The notes beneath the pieces were generated by a model that saw only the letters and a list, made by a program, of their open reading frames with translations, was not told the DNA's origin and made no database searches. Below, in pieces: positions 1-13,432 of a stretch of DNA of 64,000 nucleotides. A program made the translations under genes and the position numbers. This stretch comes from Callorhinchus milii (Eukaryota): contig NW_024704742.1 in assembly GCF_018977255.1 (NCBI RefSeq), positions 57,972,001 to 58,036,000 on the forward strand. Reading direction: 5' to 3'. The first letter of the stretch is position 1. Every line of letters starts with the position of its first letter.

Positions 1-183
1 CAATGGTGGAACAGGAACTTAGCGAGCGAGTGAGAGAGCGAGAGCCCTGCCTAATTGTCTGTTTCTGTATTGTGAAGAAAAAATATTGTTTTGCTAAGCA
101 AAAGAGATCCTTTGTACAACCTTCCATTTTTATGTCTTTAATTCTTTTACTTACTATGTGAAGTCTGTGCACACATGTATATA

Positions 184-648
184 CAGTTGAAGCCGCTTAA
201 ACCGAACACATCATGGCCGACCGTTTTGTCCAGCTTAAACGGCGTCTGAGGTTAGCCGAAATTCTCTTAACTCTTCCCACCCAGCAGAGGAATGACAGTG
301 GAGCCTCCACCTTCCCATTGCCTTTCCTTTTGCATGAGAAGGGGGTCAATTAGCAGCAACTCCAAGATGATTGACAGTCTGAAACTATTTGCGAATGGAT
401 GGGTATTCCATCCATTCACAAGCAGCTCCAGCTGTCCATCAATCACAATTTTAATCCTCCCATCTCAATCCCAGCAGAGCTGTTCATGGTGAGTGAGGAG
501 CTGCAGTGGCGCTAAATCGTGGTATTTTGTCTTAATTAACCAGCATATTTAAAACAGGTGAGAGTACGAATGAATTGGGGCTGGGCATTTTGTCCAATTG
601 TCACGACGTCCGGGTTGAACTGGCATTCAGCTAAAGTGGCTTCCACTG
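184..648. mobile_element. Tigger/pogo-like (Tc1/mariner superfamily) non-autonomous DNA transposon
   Basis: Imperfect TIRs CAGTTGAAGCCGCTTAAACCGAA / TTCAGCTAAAGTGGCTTCCACTG flanked by TA on both sides; subterminal repeats ttttgtcca...cgtc. Confidence 0.7.
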
Positions 649-822
649 TATATATATAACCAAACGCTGAAAAATAATCAAACATATAAGAAAAGATAGC
701 TCGCTTCTGTGCAATGAATTATGGTTGCAAAGGTATGCAGTTAATGTTGTCTTTGGGTACATGGCCATCATGAACAAAGCCAGCGCTTCTAATTAACATA
801 TCAACTTACAAATATTCAGTTA

Positions 823-931
823 CAAATACAGTCACTACACTTTACAGTGTGTTCTGTGAAGCGCTTTGGGACGTCCTCCTGACGTGAAAAGCGCTATATC
901 AAATGCAAGGATTATTATTATTATTATTATT
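823..931 (+). mobile_element. 3' tail fragment of the tRNA-derived SINE
   Basis: ctttacagtgtgttctgtgaagcgctttgggacgtcc...aaatgcaaggattattattatt. Confidence 0.8.
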
Positions 932-2284
932 AAAACCTGTGAAGCACTTTGAGAAATCTTAACAGAAATCATAAAGAAATAGTTCAGTGTGAGTAAATCA
1001 AGATCCACTGATTAGATAGAATATTCTGAATGTGCAGAAGACATAGAATTTGGAGCTGGGAGGGGCAGGCTGTGCCCGAGCTGCGGACAGGAAGATGGTA
1101 ACAATGCCGAGCTGTGTTGCTCACAGTGAAGCTCACAGGGAGTTCCTGGTACCTACCATTCACCTAGTAAGGGGCAAACCCGCGCTTGTCAGATGTCAAA
1201 TGACCACCTAGTGACTATCTTCTTTGGGCGGGAGGTAAACGGGGTCTTGTTGGAGCTGAACTGGTTCCAAGATGACATTCCATTCACAAATATGATGAAC
1301 ACAAGGTTATTCAGAGCTTAATATAATTTTATAAATATCATTTTAATATAATTTTAGAAATGTTATAAAGAGCTTAATATAATTTTATGAATTCTGGAAT
1401 TTCTATATGGAATTCTGAGTTTGGTTTGTATAATGATCAAAAAAAAACAGAATTTGGAGCTCAGTTGTCACAACAAAGCCAAGCAGTTGCACAAAATAAG
1501 GTCTAGGTCACTCCTAGACATTTGTTTAACTTGAATAGTCTCAAAAAACAGGAAGATACAAATGTTTCGCAGAAGGCATGGGTATTTGCACTGAAGCTAA
1601 ACTACAATGATTAAATGGAGCTTTCGCAATTCAACAAAGTGAGTAATCATTCACGTACCAAATTGTAGCAGGGCAAAGTTTCACAATACAAAAGTTCAGA
1701 GAGTTTAGTTAGAAAATGCTAAAAGTCCTATATTCTCAAGGTTCTACATTCCATGTGAGAAGTGAAGATCAGTGAGGGATCACTTTTTGAAAAGTTCATT
1801 TAGTACTGAGTCAGTTGTAGATACTGCATTAAAGCTCCTAAGTCTTGTTATCACTCCCCATACTCTAGAAATTCCAGTCTCACCCAGCATAGTCAAAGTA
1901 TGGGAGAAGATAAGAATGTTTCAAGATACTCTTCTTTAGGTCCTTCCTCAGAAGCCTGATTATGTTAATCTGCAGGGTATAAGGAGGCTATCTCCTCCTG
2001 CTCATACTTAGCATCTAACACTGGGTGTCTGCATTAGGGGTGGAAACTGGTACCTCATTTGGTTTGTACCTTGACATTTCCAGATTGTTACATGGGCATG
2101 AAGCAATTATTTATCTAATACGGAATTTTCTTCCAATTTGACAAATAATAATTTTGGATCTTAAAGAGCCTGCCCCCAAAACATAAAATTTACAATGAGT
2201 GAACTATAACTTTCTAATGCGTTGTTGGGTAGTCTCAAAATGCCACTACAAATAATAAAATAATCCTTGCATTTGGTTATGCAG

Positions 2285-2622
2285 TCTATAGAATATTGGT
2301 TAGAGCACTTGCCTCACAAGTGAAAGAATCCTGGTTTGATTCCTTAGGCAAGTTTCTTTATTCCACACTCCTATTTATTTAGTAGTAAGTAGGAACCCAG
2401 TTGTTCGTTAATTGGGGGATCACTTTCCGGGGGTAATAATCCCTTTTAAAAGAAATTGGTTACTCAATCCATGGCATTTTGTGGGTCACTGCTGTTCATA
2501 ATTAGCTGCCACATTTTGCCCACAAAATATAGTCAAATCACTTTACAGTATAATCTGTGAAGCATTTTGAGACGTATCAATGACATGATAAAGGCTGCAT
2601 CAAATGCGACAATTACTATTAT
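2285..2622 (+). mobile_element. Diverged copy of the tRNA-derived SINE
   Basis: ggttagagcacttgcctcacaagtg...ggtttgattcc head, gtgggtcactgctgt..ttagctgccac core, aaatgcgacaattactatt tail. Confidence 0.65.
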
Positions 2623-2781
2623 TTATATAACGCCCTTCATGTGATGCAGCATCTCACAGCACTTAAAATAACTGCTAAAATAATCCTTGCATTTGATATA
2701 TCACCTTTTATATTGGGAGGATATCTCAAAGCGCTCAATGGGATTTATTCTGTAGTTCTTGTATTTGTGTAGCTGAATGTA

Positions 2782-3260
2782 ACAACAACAATAAATTACA
2801 TTTGTGTAGCGTCTTTCACTTCAGGAGGACGTCCCAAGGTGCTGGACAGTCAGGGATCCACACCCAACCTAGTGGTTGGAAATAGGAGGGGTGGAAAGCA
2901 GGGAGGATAATGGTAGGAGGGTGCCTGAAGGCACGATGGAAGAGGAGGGTCTTGAGGCGGATCATGAAGGAGGGTCGAGGCAGAGGGACTGTGGGATGGA
3001 GTTCCAGAGTGTGGGGGAAGAGAGATTGAAGGCCTGCCCACCATTGGTGGGGCGGGCGAGGTGGGGGAGCAAGCAAGAGGGGCAGTCGGAGCAATCAGAG
3101 AGGAGACCTCGGGTGAGCCAACAGGCAGTGAGCGACGCGGGGCCGAGGGTTTGCTGTCCAGGCGAGGAGGTTCCAGGCGAGGAGACGCCATTTCAAAATT
3201 GCCCGCCTGGAACAATGGCCCAAACCGCCCTCGTGACGTCACTTCTGCGCACTGTTTTAT
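2782..3260 (-). mobile_element. Short L2-derived element: L2 3' end joined to a promoter-like 5' segment
   Basis: 3' part matches the L2 tail (LWNSIP region, gggacgtcctcc..gtgaaag.cgcta, (ttg)n); 5' part carries TGACGTCA and AAATGGCG. Confidence 0.65.
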
Positions 3261-3344
3261 AAACTTTCCAGGCTAAGTGTTCTTCTCTTGCCCCACCATG
3301 CTTACGGGTTGTATCCCCTAGCCCCAAAATACAGTACAATACAA

Positions 3345-3650
3345 CACAAAATTACATATTGTATTACATTTGGATATTGCCTTTCACGTCGGGAGGACGT
3401 CAGGGATTTGGACCCGAGCTTTGGTCAGGATCGGGGTGGGTAGAGGGCAGGAAGGCTCGGTCAAAGAGGAGCAATTTGAGATGCGCCTTGAAGAAGACAA
3501 GGGAGGGAGTGGTGGTGATGTGGCGATAGGAGAGAAGGACTGAGTGGGAGTAATGAAGTGTGGGGTGTAGGAGAGGGGGCATTTTGGGAAGGGGCATTCA
3601 GGTCAGGGACAGCAGCCACCAAGACTGAAAGCAGAGCGATCAACGAAGCA
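3345..3650 (-). mobile_element. Internally deleted L2: 5'-region segment fused to the 3' terminus
   Basis: 3520-3645 resembles 56170-56291; 3375-3510 is L2 3' end. Confidence 0.6.
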
Positions 3651-3820
3651 TTCTTAGCTCACAAGCATGGCGGAGGCTAGAGGAAACAACCCGTAGGCAT
3701 GATAAGGAAACTTGCCTAAGTTACACCATTATCAAATGTATTGTACACGATGTGACTTACTCCCAGCAAAATATGTTTTTATTGGAAGTAGAAAAATATG
3801 CTTTTTTAAAATCAGACGAA

Positions 3821-4887
3821 AACAACAACAACAACAACAACAACAAGATTCCATTTATAGAGCGCCTTTCACATCAGGAGGACGTCCCAAGGCGCTGCAC
3901 AGTTGCGTCATGACCCGAGCAGGGGGGAAATGGTCAGGGTGAGGGGAGGGAAGGGAGGGAAAGAGGAGGGGGGAAATGGTCAGGGTGAGGGGAGGGAAGG
4001 GAGGGAGCGAGGAGGAGGAAGAGAGTCGAGAGGGGAGCTGAAGGCACGGTCAAAGAGAAAGGTTTTGAGACCGGCCTTGAAGGAGGAAAGGGAGGAAGCA
4101 AGGCGAAGGCACTGGGGGATGGAGTTCCAGAGCCTCGGGGCTGAGAGGCTGAAGGCCCGACCACCGATAGTAGGGCGGTTGGGGCGGGGGACGTGGAGCA
4201 GACCGGAGCCAGAGGAACGGAGGGTACGGGCAGGTAGGTAGGGGGATAGTAGGTTGGAGAGGTAGGAGGGAGCAAGGCCGTGAATGGCCTTGTAGGTGAG
4301 GATGAGGATCTTGAAATCAATCCTCTGGGGGATGGGGAGCCAGTGGAGGCGAGCGAGGGTGGGAGTGATGTGGTCCCGAAGCCTGGTGCGGGACAGTACA
4401 CGAGCTGCAGAGTTCTGAATGACCTGCAGCTTGTGGAGGGAGGTGCCGGGAAGGCCGGCGAGGAGAGAGTTCCCATAGTCCAGCCTTGAGGTGACAAAGG
4501 CGTGAACCAGGGTTTCAGCAGCGTGAGGGGTGAGGTAGTGCCGTAATCTGGCGATATTCCGGAGGTGATGGAAGGCGGTGCCAGTTGTGGTGCGGATGTG
4601 AGGGAGAAAGGACAGCTCAGGGTCGAACAAAACGCCGAGGTTCCTGACTGGCTTTGAGAGGTGGAGAGTGCAGCCTTGGATGCTGATGGTGTCAGCGCCT
4701 GAGGTGCGGAGGCGCTGACGTGAGCCAATCAGGAGGGCCTCGGTTTTTCGCACGTTGAGCTGAAGAAAGTTGTCTCTCGTCCAGGACTCGATGTCGGACA
4801 GGCAGGCTGTCAGGACATCGGTGGTCGTGGAGTTGAGAGTAGAGGAGGAAAGGTAGAGTTGGGTGTCATCCGCATACATGTGGAAGT
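3821..4887 (-). mobile_element. L2 LINE, 5'-truncated young copy with an uninterrupted RT C-terminal ORF (3980-4879)
   Basis: [46 protein letters not shown] motifs; (TTG)n tail at 3821-3845. Confidence 0.95.
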
Positions 4888-5952
4888 GGAAAAGTTGGCA
4901 CCTCCATCAATGGAGCACACCCCAGGACTGCATTGGAATGTCAGCCTAGGCTATGTGGTGTCAAACTTGTGATAGGTGTTTTGAACTCACAAGAGGCTGG
5001 AGCCAGGTTGATACTATGACATAGTCACAACTTATTGGAGCAGCTTTTATATCTTTCTCGGAACACCTTGTTGCAATCATTTATTACAGTCCATGTCCAT
5101 CTTGTGTTGCATTTTCACCAGCTGACACCTTATTTAATCTCAAACTAAGCGATCTCACTGACTTTTCTTTCTCCGCTTAGCAGAGACATGGACTGTAATA
5201 CATTTCTATTTCTATATAAAATTAGATTGAGAGAAGGTGTCAGTTTCATTTACTTAGGAATAACTGGTGTTTGTCATACGTGCACACAATGTACAGCTAA
5301 TGCAGCTTTACACAAGCTCTGTAATTGTTTTAGTATTGAATCTTTTCAATCCCACCTTTTGTCTACTTGCTGATAAAAATTGCATTTGATATAGCACCTA
5401 TCAAGTCTTCAAGACGTGTCAAAACACTTTACAGAATATACTGTAAAGTGAATTGAATGTGGCAGCCAATGGTGCACAGCAAAATCAACAATGACTAATG
5501 TTTATTTTAATAAATTCCTTGCATTTGATATAACACATATACATTGAAATATCTCAAAGCACTTCAAAGGTAATTGCTGGCATGTGTTTCAGTGACTACA
5601 TAATTGTATGCAAATGCAGCAAACAATTTGTGCACAACAATATCCCACAATGAGGCATATGATTCATTTATCAGAGGATTGTTGGCCAGGACACAATTCT
5701 TTTTGAATAGTGTCATGGATTGCTAAACCTTATCATAGATTTGTTTATTGTTGTTGTAAACTTCCTCATCCAACCCTCTCTTGTGATCTTGAGAGCTGAG
5801 TCAAAATGTTTTAAAGGACAATGGAGGTCAATGTGATGAGGTTGATAGGTGAAGGGTTTTATTGGAGACGAGCAAAAAAGTTTTTTTTAAAGCACAAAAA
5901 GAACTGGTTAGCTTTGGGGTTAGGTCATTCCAATTTCAGAAACAAAAACGGC

Positions 5953-6720
5953 AACAACAAATTACATTTGTGTAGCGCCTTTCATGTCAGGAGGACTTCC
6001 CAAGAAGCTGGACAATCAGGGATCCACACCTGAGCTGGTAGTTGGGATTAGGATGGTAGGGGTAGGAGGGTGACCAAAGGCACAGTCGAAGAGAAGGATC
6101 TTGAAGGAGGCAAGGAAGGGGGATAGGCAGAGGGACTGTGGCATAAAGTTTCAGAGGGTGAGGGCAGAGAAGCTGGAGGTCCGCCCGCCAATGGTGTGAC
6201 AGGCAAGGCCGGGAGATGTGAAGCAAGTTGGGCCCGCTGAGTGGAGGGAGCGGACAGGTTAGTTGGAGGTTAGGAGTTCAGAGAGGAGCAAGCCCATGGA
6301 GGGCTTTGAAGGTGAAGCCCAGGATCTTGAAATGTATCTTCTGTGTGATAGGCAGCCAGTGGATCCTGCCGAGAATGGGGGAGTCGTAGAGTTGTGGAGC
6401 CTTATACAGGAGAGGACACAGGCGGCTGCAGAATTCTGGATGATCTGCAACCAGTGGAGGGAGGAGTTGGGAGGCCGATGAGCAGGGAGTTTGTATAGTC
6501 AAGCCTAGATGTGATGAATGCGTGGATGAGGGTCTCGGCAGCCAGCGGTGAGAGACAGTGGCGGAGCCAGGCAATGTAGTGGAGGTGGGAAAAGGCAGAG
6601 CGGGTCATGGCACGGATGTGGGGTATGAAGGACTGTTGAGGGTCGAACAGGACGCTGAGTTTCCGTATTGGCTCCATTAGCTGTAGAGTGCATGCATGAA
6701 GGGTGATGCTATCAGAAACA
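5953..6720 (-). mobile_element. L2 LINE 3' fragment (degenerate)
   Basis: SRLDYTNSLL, IHWLPI, QNSAA motifs across frames; L2 tail. Confidence 0.9.
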
Positions 6721-7074
6721 GAGAAAGAGCTGTAATTTGTCTAATTGTGCTGGATATAACTATACAAAGGTTAGATTCTCTTTAAAATGATGAGAACAAT
6801 TTCCATCCCAAAGTCATTAAAGAGATAGACTGATGTTTTACAACAAAAACTTGCATTTATACAGCCACCTTCATGCATGATAGCATCTCAGAGAGCTTAT
6901 AGAATCATGTTTAACCTATGCTGGTATTCCATGTATTCATGCCAAGTCCAGAAATAACAGAAACTAGGGCAGGCTCGACCTACAAAACAACAAGTTGCAC
7001 TTATGTAGTGCCTTTCATGTGGCAAAGCTTAACGTTGAGCCACGGAGAGAGGGGAATTGGCCGTAAGCATTATA

Positions 7075-7436
7075 ATAATAATAATACTTACATTTGATAT
7101 AGTGGATTATCATGTCTTTGATATGTCTCATAGTGCTTCACAGAATATACTAAATTGAATATACATTGTAGGTGAAATGCGGCAGCCAATTGCAAACAGC
7201 ATTGTCCCAAAAACAGTCAAGAATTGAGTAACCACACTTTTTTATTATTAATAATGGATTATTACCACAGTAAAGTGATCCACAAATTGACTAACAGCCA
7301 GGTATCTAATTACTGCTGGATAAACAGAGACATGTGGAGCAAGGAAACTGGCTCAATATTTCTCCCTGCTCGAAAATTGAACCCAGATCCTTTCGCTTGT
7401 GAAGTGAGTGCTCTAACCACTAAGCTCCAGGACTCC
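7075..7436 (-). mobile_element. Older copy of the tRNA-derived SINE
   Basis: gtgagtgctctaaccactaagctccaggactcc head (reverse) and aataataat tail. Confidence 0.75.
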
Positions 7437-8338
7437 TCTTCTGCATACCCGAAGAGGAAGTTCATAATGTGTGATCTGAAGATGGGAAATATGGAGTAAT
7501 TGAGGCAAAGAGTTCCATAGTTTCAGGACAAAGTGGCTGGAAAACGGCCGCTGATGGTGGCGACGAGGCCAAGAATGGCATTTACAAACAACAATCATGC
7601 AGTTTACATGGATTACAAACACTGCTTTGGCTTGTCATTTAAGGTTTTTTTAAGAAGCTTTAATTACAGCTTTGCTTGTTGTAAGGTAGCAATTAATGAT
7701 GATTTCCAGGATAACAGCTTATTAAACCAATCTCCTATAAAATGGCACCTGAAAGGTGGCTCCCACTTCCAAAACTGTGACATCGCTGAACAAGAAATCA
7801 AGGTGGCATCTGGCAACATTTTTGTCCAGGTTTGAGTGCCATCATTGCTCAAAAATCAGGGAAATTCATTTCCCAACACGTTTTACCGTCATCTCATTTA
7901 TTCATTTATTGAAGAAAAAAATGTGTTTACAAATGCAATTGGTTGCAGTTATAAAGGTGCAGGAAAGACCTAAATAGCGGCTGGGTTAAATGATTAGTGG
8001 TGTACAGCACTACTCAAAGAGATTGGTAGTATTTTTGTATAAGACACTGGTTGGCAACAATCTACCTGTTCACAGTACACTTTGCAGTTTTAGCATCTAA
8101 AGCAAAAAAGGATATTATTATTCATGAGACGATACAGAAAAAGCAAGAATATTCTGGATATCTAAAATAAAATTATGAGGCAAGATTAAATTGGATATTT
8201 TGGGGGAGGGGCAGGGGTCAGCCAAGTGTCTGACAGGTGTGGAAACCCATCACTGTGCTTAAGAGTATTCATACCAGACTGAGAGTTCCATGTATGCCAC
8301 CTATGCATTGGGAATTCCCATGTTTGGAATGGAATGTG

Positions 8339-9345
8339 TACTCTCTCCCCAGAGGGATGCACCCTGTGCACCTAATTCTGGAGGATGGAATTATTAGGCA
8401 CGGGATGGAAAGAGCCAAGGTTTGGGGACTCCAGACTCTGTGTTTCGGGACTCCTGGAGGTTAATAGCTAATACCACTCCTTCCCCCCCCCCCCCCCCCC
8501 CGGATAGCTTGAAAGTGTTGTGATCAGAAGTCAATTATTAAAATGCTTATGCTTATCTTAGCTGGGGCTGAGTTGACCTGGGGATTACAATCTTGATTAT
8601 AAATGTTGTTTTGATTCAGGGAACATTGCTTATGCTTGTTATTAGGTGTCAAGATTAGTTTTGTACAATCTTGTTTGTAAAATATTGTTTGAATTAAATT
8701 GAGCTGAGTTGCAGAACTTCGAGCTAAGCTTAACAGATGTTACGGGATACCTGATATAACATTCAATAAAATGGTATGAGAAAACGTCAATGTGCTGTGA
8801 ATTGTAATATGAAGAGTTAAGTTGGCTAAGAATGAAGAGGTGAATTTGTTATTATTATAATGATAATAATAATAATAATCCTTCTATTTGATATAGTGCC
8901 TTAATACATCATTGAGATGTCTCAAAGCGCTTCACAGAATATACTGTAATTGATATTAACAATATAAAAATTGATATTAACAATACAATAATCTATATTA
9001 ACATTTTTATTAATAATGTAACAGTGTATATTAATAATAGATTAATGATATAGTAATTATATTGATAATATATTGCAGCTGTAGTTTGTTGTATCGCAAA
9101 TTAATTGCTACTGTAAAATCCTGTGTTATCAATTAGAGTCAAAATGACCAAGGTAAATGTGATCAAAACAATCATTAGATGGGTGAGGAAATGTTGATAT
9201 GCATCAATCTCCCTGAAATAAAGACCCATGATATAAAGAAGTAAAGCTAAAACTTCAGCTGTTCAAGTTGGCTTGAGAGTGAGGACGTCATTCACTTCTC
9301 CAGGAAGGGAAAACTCACACCCATCCACTCGAGTGTCCAAGATTC
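8339..9345. repeat. Local ~1-kb duplicated segment, copy 1
   Basis: Colinear with 11052-11795 plus 12780-12964 (e.g. gaaagtgttgtgatcagaagtcaattatta, acagatgttacgggatacc, ccatccactcgagtgtccaagat). Confidence 0.85.
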
Positions 9346-9359
9346 AAGCAATATCGGAA

Positions 9360-10305
9360 TAAGAACAAAGACAACAACTTGCACTTATATAGTGCTCTCC
9401 GTTCAATGTAGCTCTCAGAGTGGCTGAAAGCGTGACCTCCAATGGTGGAACAGAGGATGCGAGGAACAAGCAGGAGGCTGGTGACAGTCGAGCGGAGGCG
9501 CCAGTTGGTGGATTGGTGAGTGAGGAGGTCGGAGAGGTAGGGAGGTGCCAGGGAGTGAATGGATTTAAACACAAGTGTGAGGATCTTGAAGTCAATTTGT
9601 TCTGTGATGGGGAGCCAGTGGAGCTTGGCCAGAATTGGTGAGATGTGGGTACAGAGATTGGTCCAACTAAGTTTGCAGGCAGCAGAGTTCTGAATGAGCT
9701 GGATTTTTTGAACAGTGGAGCTGTGGAAATCAGCAAGGAGTGCGTTTGAGTAATCCAAGCGGGAGGTGACAAACTCATGCACAGGGGTTTTGGCTGCATT
9801 TGGGGTAAGTTACAGTCGGAGGTGGGCAATGTGGCAAAAGTGAAAGAAGGTGATCCTGGTCAGAGACCAGATATGGGGAAGAAATTATAGCTGGTGGCTG
9901 AACTGGACACCTGGATTACGCACTGGTTCGGTGAGTGTGAAGGAGAGCCCAGGGAGGTTGAGAAGTTCAGATCCGCAGGAGTAAAGACATTGACGGGAGC
10001 CAAGGAGAATAGCTTCCGTCTTGTCCACATTCAGCTGCAAGTTTTTTGCAATCTCCAGTCCTTGATGTCTGCCAATCAAGCTGATAGAACATCGCCGGAC
10101 CTGGAGTTGGTACTGGAGGAGGCCAAGTAGATTTGTGTCTCTTCCGCATAAACAAGGATATTTACCCCATGTCTGCAGATGACATTGCCCAGAGTGAGCA
10201 TATAGATAAAGAAAAGACGTGGGCCAAGGATGGAGCCCTGGGGTACCCCACAGGTAATCAAGCGGTGGCGGGAGTAGAAACCATTCGCTGGAGGAAGTGG
10301 AGGTT
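9360..10305 (-). mobile_element. L2 LINE RT fragment
   Basis: GVPQGSILGP, YAEETQIY, SRLDYSNALL, LHWLPI motifs. Confidence 0.9.
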
Positions 10306-10309
10306 GGTT

Positions 10310-10620
10310 AATAATAATAATGATCCTTACATTTGATATAGTGCTTTTCACGCCTTCTAGACATCTCAAGGAGCTTCACAGGATATACTGTAAAGTGAAT
10401 TGACTGTATTTTATGGACAAAATGCGGCAACCAAGTGCGCACAGCAATGTCCCACAAACAGTCCTGGATTAAATGACCAAATTATTATTGTTTTTTTTCT
10501 TGAGGGATTATTATCAGGCGTGTGATGTAAGGAAACTTGCCCAAGGTTTTGCCCTGTTGCGAATCAAACCCAGGTCTCTCACTTGCGAGGCGAGTCCTCC
10601 AACTGAGCTACACGACTCCA
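10310..10620 (-). mobile_element. tRNA-derived SINE
   Basis: Reverse-complement of the head (aactgagctacacgactcca) and tail (ataataataatgatccttacatttgatatag). Confidence 0.85.
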
Positions 10621-10774
10621 CAGTTCAGGTGCTGATCCATGCAGAGCAGCAAGATCAATGTTTGGGGGAGTGTCAGCATCTCAGCTGATGTGTCCTTAGC
10701 CTATGTGACAAATGATCAGCTTTGCCTGTTTTGTATTCCCTTGATGATCAAATGCATGTAATGCTAAGTACAAC

Positions 10775-11045
10775 AACTACAACAAGAACAACAAAATTAC
10801 ATTGATAGAGCTCCTTTCACGTCCGGAGGACATCCCATAGGGCTGAAGTAGGATTCAAACCATGAGTTCAGTCCCACCAAGGTGGATGAGGGAGGAAAGG
10901 CAGTGGAGGAGGATGGCGTGGTCAACTGTGTCGAATGTGGAAGAGAGATCCAGGAGCATGAGGAGGCAAAGGGAGCCTTACTCAGAGACAGAGAGGACAT
11001 CATTTGTGACTTTGACAAGTGCTGTCTCTGTGCTGTGGGCAGGGC
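10775..11045 (-). mobile_element. L2 fragment (RT segment fused to tail)
   Basis: Translates to LLDLSSTFDTVDH in one frame; L2 tail at 10775-10840. Confidence 0.75.
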
Positions 11046-11051
11046 GAAAAC

Positions 11052-12964
11052 TACTCTCTCCCCAGAGGGATGCACCCCATGCATCTAATCCTGGAGGATA
11101 TTAGGCACAGGATGGAAAGAGCCAACGCTTGAGGACCCCAGACTATGTGTTTGGGGATTGATGGATTTTAACAGCTAATACCCCTCCTCTCACCCTCCCT
11201 GCCATTGAAAGTGTTGTGATCAGAAGTCAATTATTATTTTAGCTGGGATTGAGCTGACCTGGGGATTATAATCTTGATTATAAATGTTGTTTCGATTAAG
11301 GGAAAATTGCTTACACATGTTGTCAGGTATCAAGATGATTTGTACAATCATGTTCATAAAATATTGGTCTGATTAAATGAGTTACAGAACTTCTATCTAA
11401 GCATAACAGATGTTACGGGATACCTAATATAACATTGAATAAAATGGCATGAGAAAATTTCAATCTGCTGTGTATGCAATATGAAAAGTTAATTTGGCTA
11501 AGAAAGAGGAGGTGAATTTGTAATTATAATAATAATAATGATTTTATTTGATACAGTACCATTATATCATTGAGATGTTTCAAAGCGCTTCACAGCATAT
11601 ACTGTAATTATGTTAACAATATAATAATTTATATTAACGATTTATATTAAGAATATAATAATGTATATTAATAAAAGAATTATATTATTATATTGCAGCT
11701 ATAGGTTGTTGTGTCACAAATTAATTGCGACGGTAAAATCCTGTGTTGTCAATCAGTGTCCAAAGGACCAAGGTCAATGTGATTAAAACAATCATAAGAT
11801 CATAAGAACAGAATAAATGCTAGACGAAAAAAGACCAGGACAATCTAGTTTGCCTTCCACCTTCCTGACGGTCGCTTGCAGATATGTCCCAAACTATCTA
11901 TGTACTATATTCCATAATGTTATTTCCCCAAAGAAAACTAACCTTTGTTTGAAAGAATCAAAACTTCCTGCTTCAACTGTCTCCCTAGGTGCCTGTTCCA
12001 CAGGTTCATTATTCACTCACTAGAATAGTCTTTGGTAGATTTGTTCTGAATTTATCCCCCTTCAATCGCAGGTTGTGTCCTCTGGTTTTACTATGCTGGA
12101 CAAGTTGAAAAGGCCTGTCATGATCTATAATGTCTTGCCCCATTAGAATCTTAAAGACAGCAATCATGTCACCTCTCAATCTTCTCTTTTCCAACATGAA
12201 TATGCCCAATTTACTTAGCTGCTCCTCATAGTCCAGTCCCTCCACTCCCACAATCATTTTGGTTGCCCTCCTCTGTATCTTCTCGATTTCTCCAATATCC
12301 TTTTTGTACTGTGGTGACCAGAACTGTACACAATACTCTAAGTATGGTCTCACCAATGATTTATACAGTGGCAGGATTACCCCACTATTTCGGTTTTCTA
12401 TTGATCTTTTGATACATCCCAACATCTGGTTTGCTTTACTCACTGCCACAGAGCATTGTTAGGAGAGCTTCAATTTATTGTCAATCAGGACCTCCAGGTC
12501 CCTTTTCATTTTCCATACATATTATTTTCCTTCTGTTCAAATAATAGTACCTTCCAGAATTTTTTGTCCTTATGTGAAGTACTTTACATTTCTCCACGTT
12601 GAATTTCATCTGCCACCGATCTGCTCAATTCCCAAGTTTTTTCAAATCTTCCTATAACCTATGTTGTTCAACTTCACAATATACTACCTTAATTAGCTTG
12701 GTGTCATCTATAAACTTAGCCACTGTGCTTGCGACTCCTAGTTCCAGATCATTTATAAAAATATTAAACAAAAGAAGTTAGGTAGGTGAGGAAGTGTTGG
12801 CATCCACTAATCTCCCTGAAGTAATGAACCATGATATAAAGTATAGCTGCGTTACACTTTAGCAGTTAAGAGTTGGCGTGAGAGTGAGCACATTGTACAC
12901 TCTTCAAGGAAGGGAGAACTCACACCTGAGGTTCTGAGATTCCATCCACTCGAGTGTCCAAGAT
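11052..12964. repeat. Local ~1-kb duplicated segment, copy 2, split by a CR1 insertion
   Basis: Same as copy 1; similarity stops near 11795 and resumes near 12780. Confidence 0.85.
11796..12775 (-). mobile_element. CR1 LINE 3' fragment
   Basis: [48 protein letters not shown] motifs. Confidence 0.92.
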
Positions 12965-13089
12965 GAGCTGAGCTTAAAAGCACAATATTGTTGTAACCCT
13001 ACATACTGTAGCCTATTGATTGAATCAATGCAAAGCTATATTGTTGCATTAACAATAAATTATTAAGAATAGAATACAAATAACTTTTG

Positions 13090-13432
13090 TCATTTCGCAA
13101 GGTGAGGGGAATGTGGGATGGAGTTCCATAGGGTGGGGGCATGAAGGTTGAAGTCCCGACCTCTAATGGTGGGGCGGGCTGAGCAGGGTACGTGGAGCAG
13201 GACACAGCCTGGTGAGCGGAGGGAGCGGACAGATTGATATGGGGTCAGCAATTTGCAGAGGTTGGGAGGAGCAAGGCAGTGGAGGGCCTTGAAGGTGAGG
13301 ATGAATATTTTGAAAGGTGCAGGTGATGGGGTCATGGAGGCTGGTGTGGGAGAGGACATGAGCTGTAGAGTTCTGGATGATCTGCAGCTTGTGGAGTGTG
13401 CATCCATGGATGGTGGCGCTGCCAGCGCCTGA
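13090..13432 (-). mobile_element. L2 3' fragment
   Basis: LQIIQNSTA, FKALH, LWNSIP. Confidence 0.8.
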
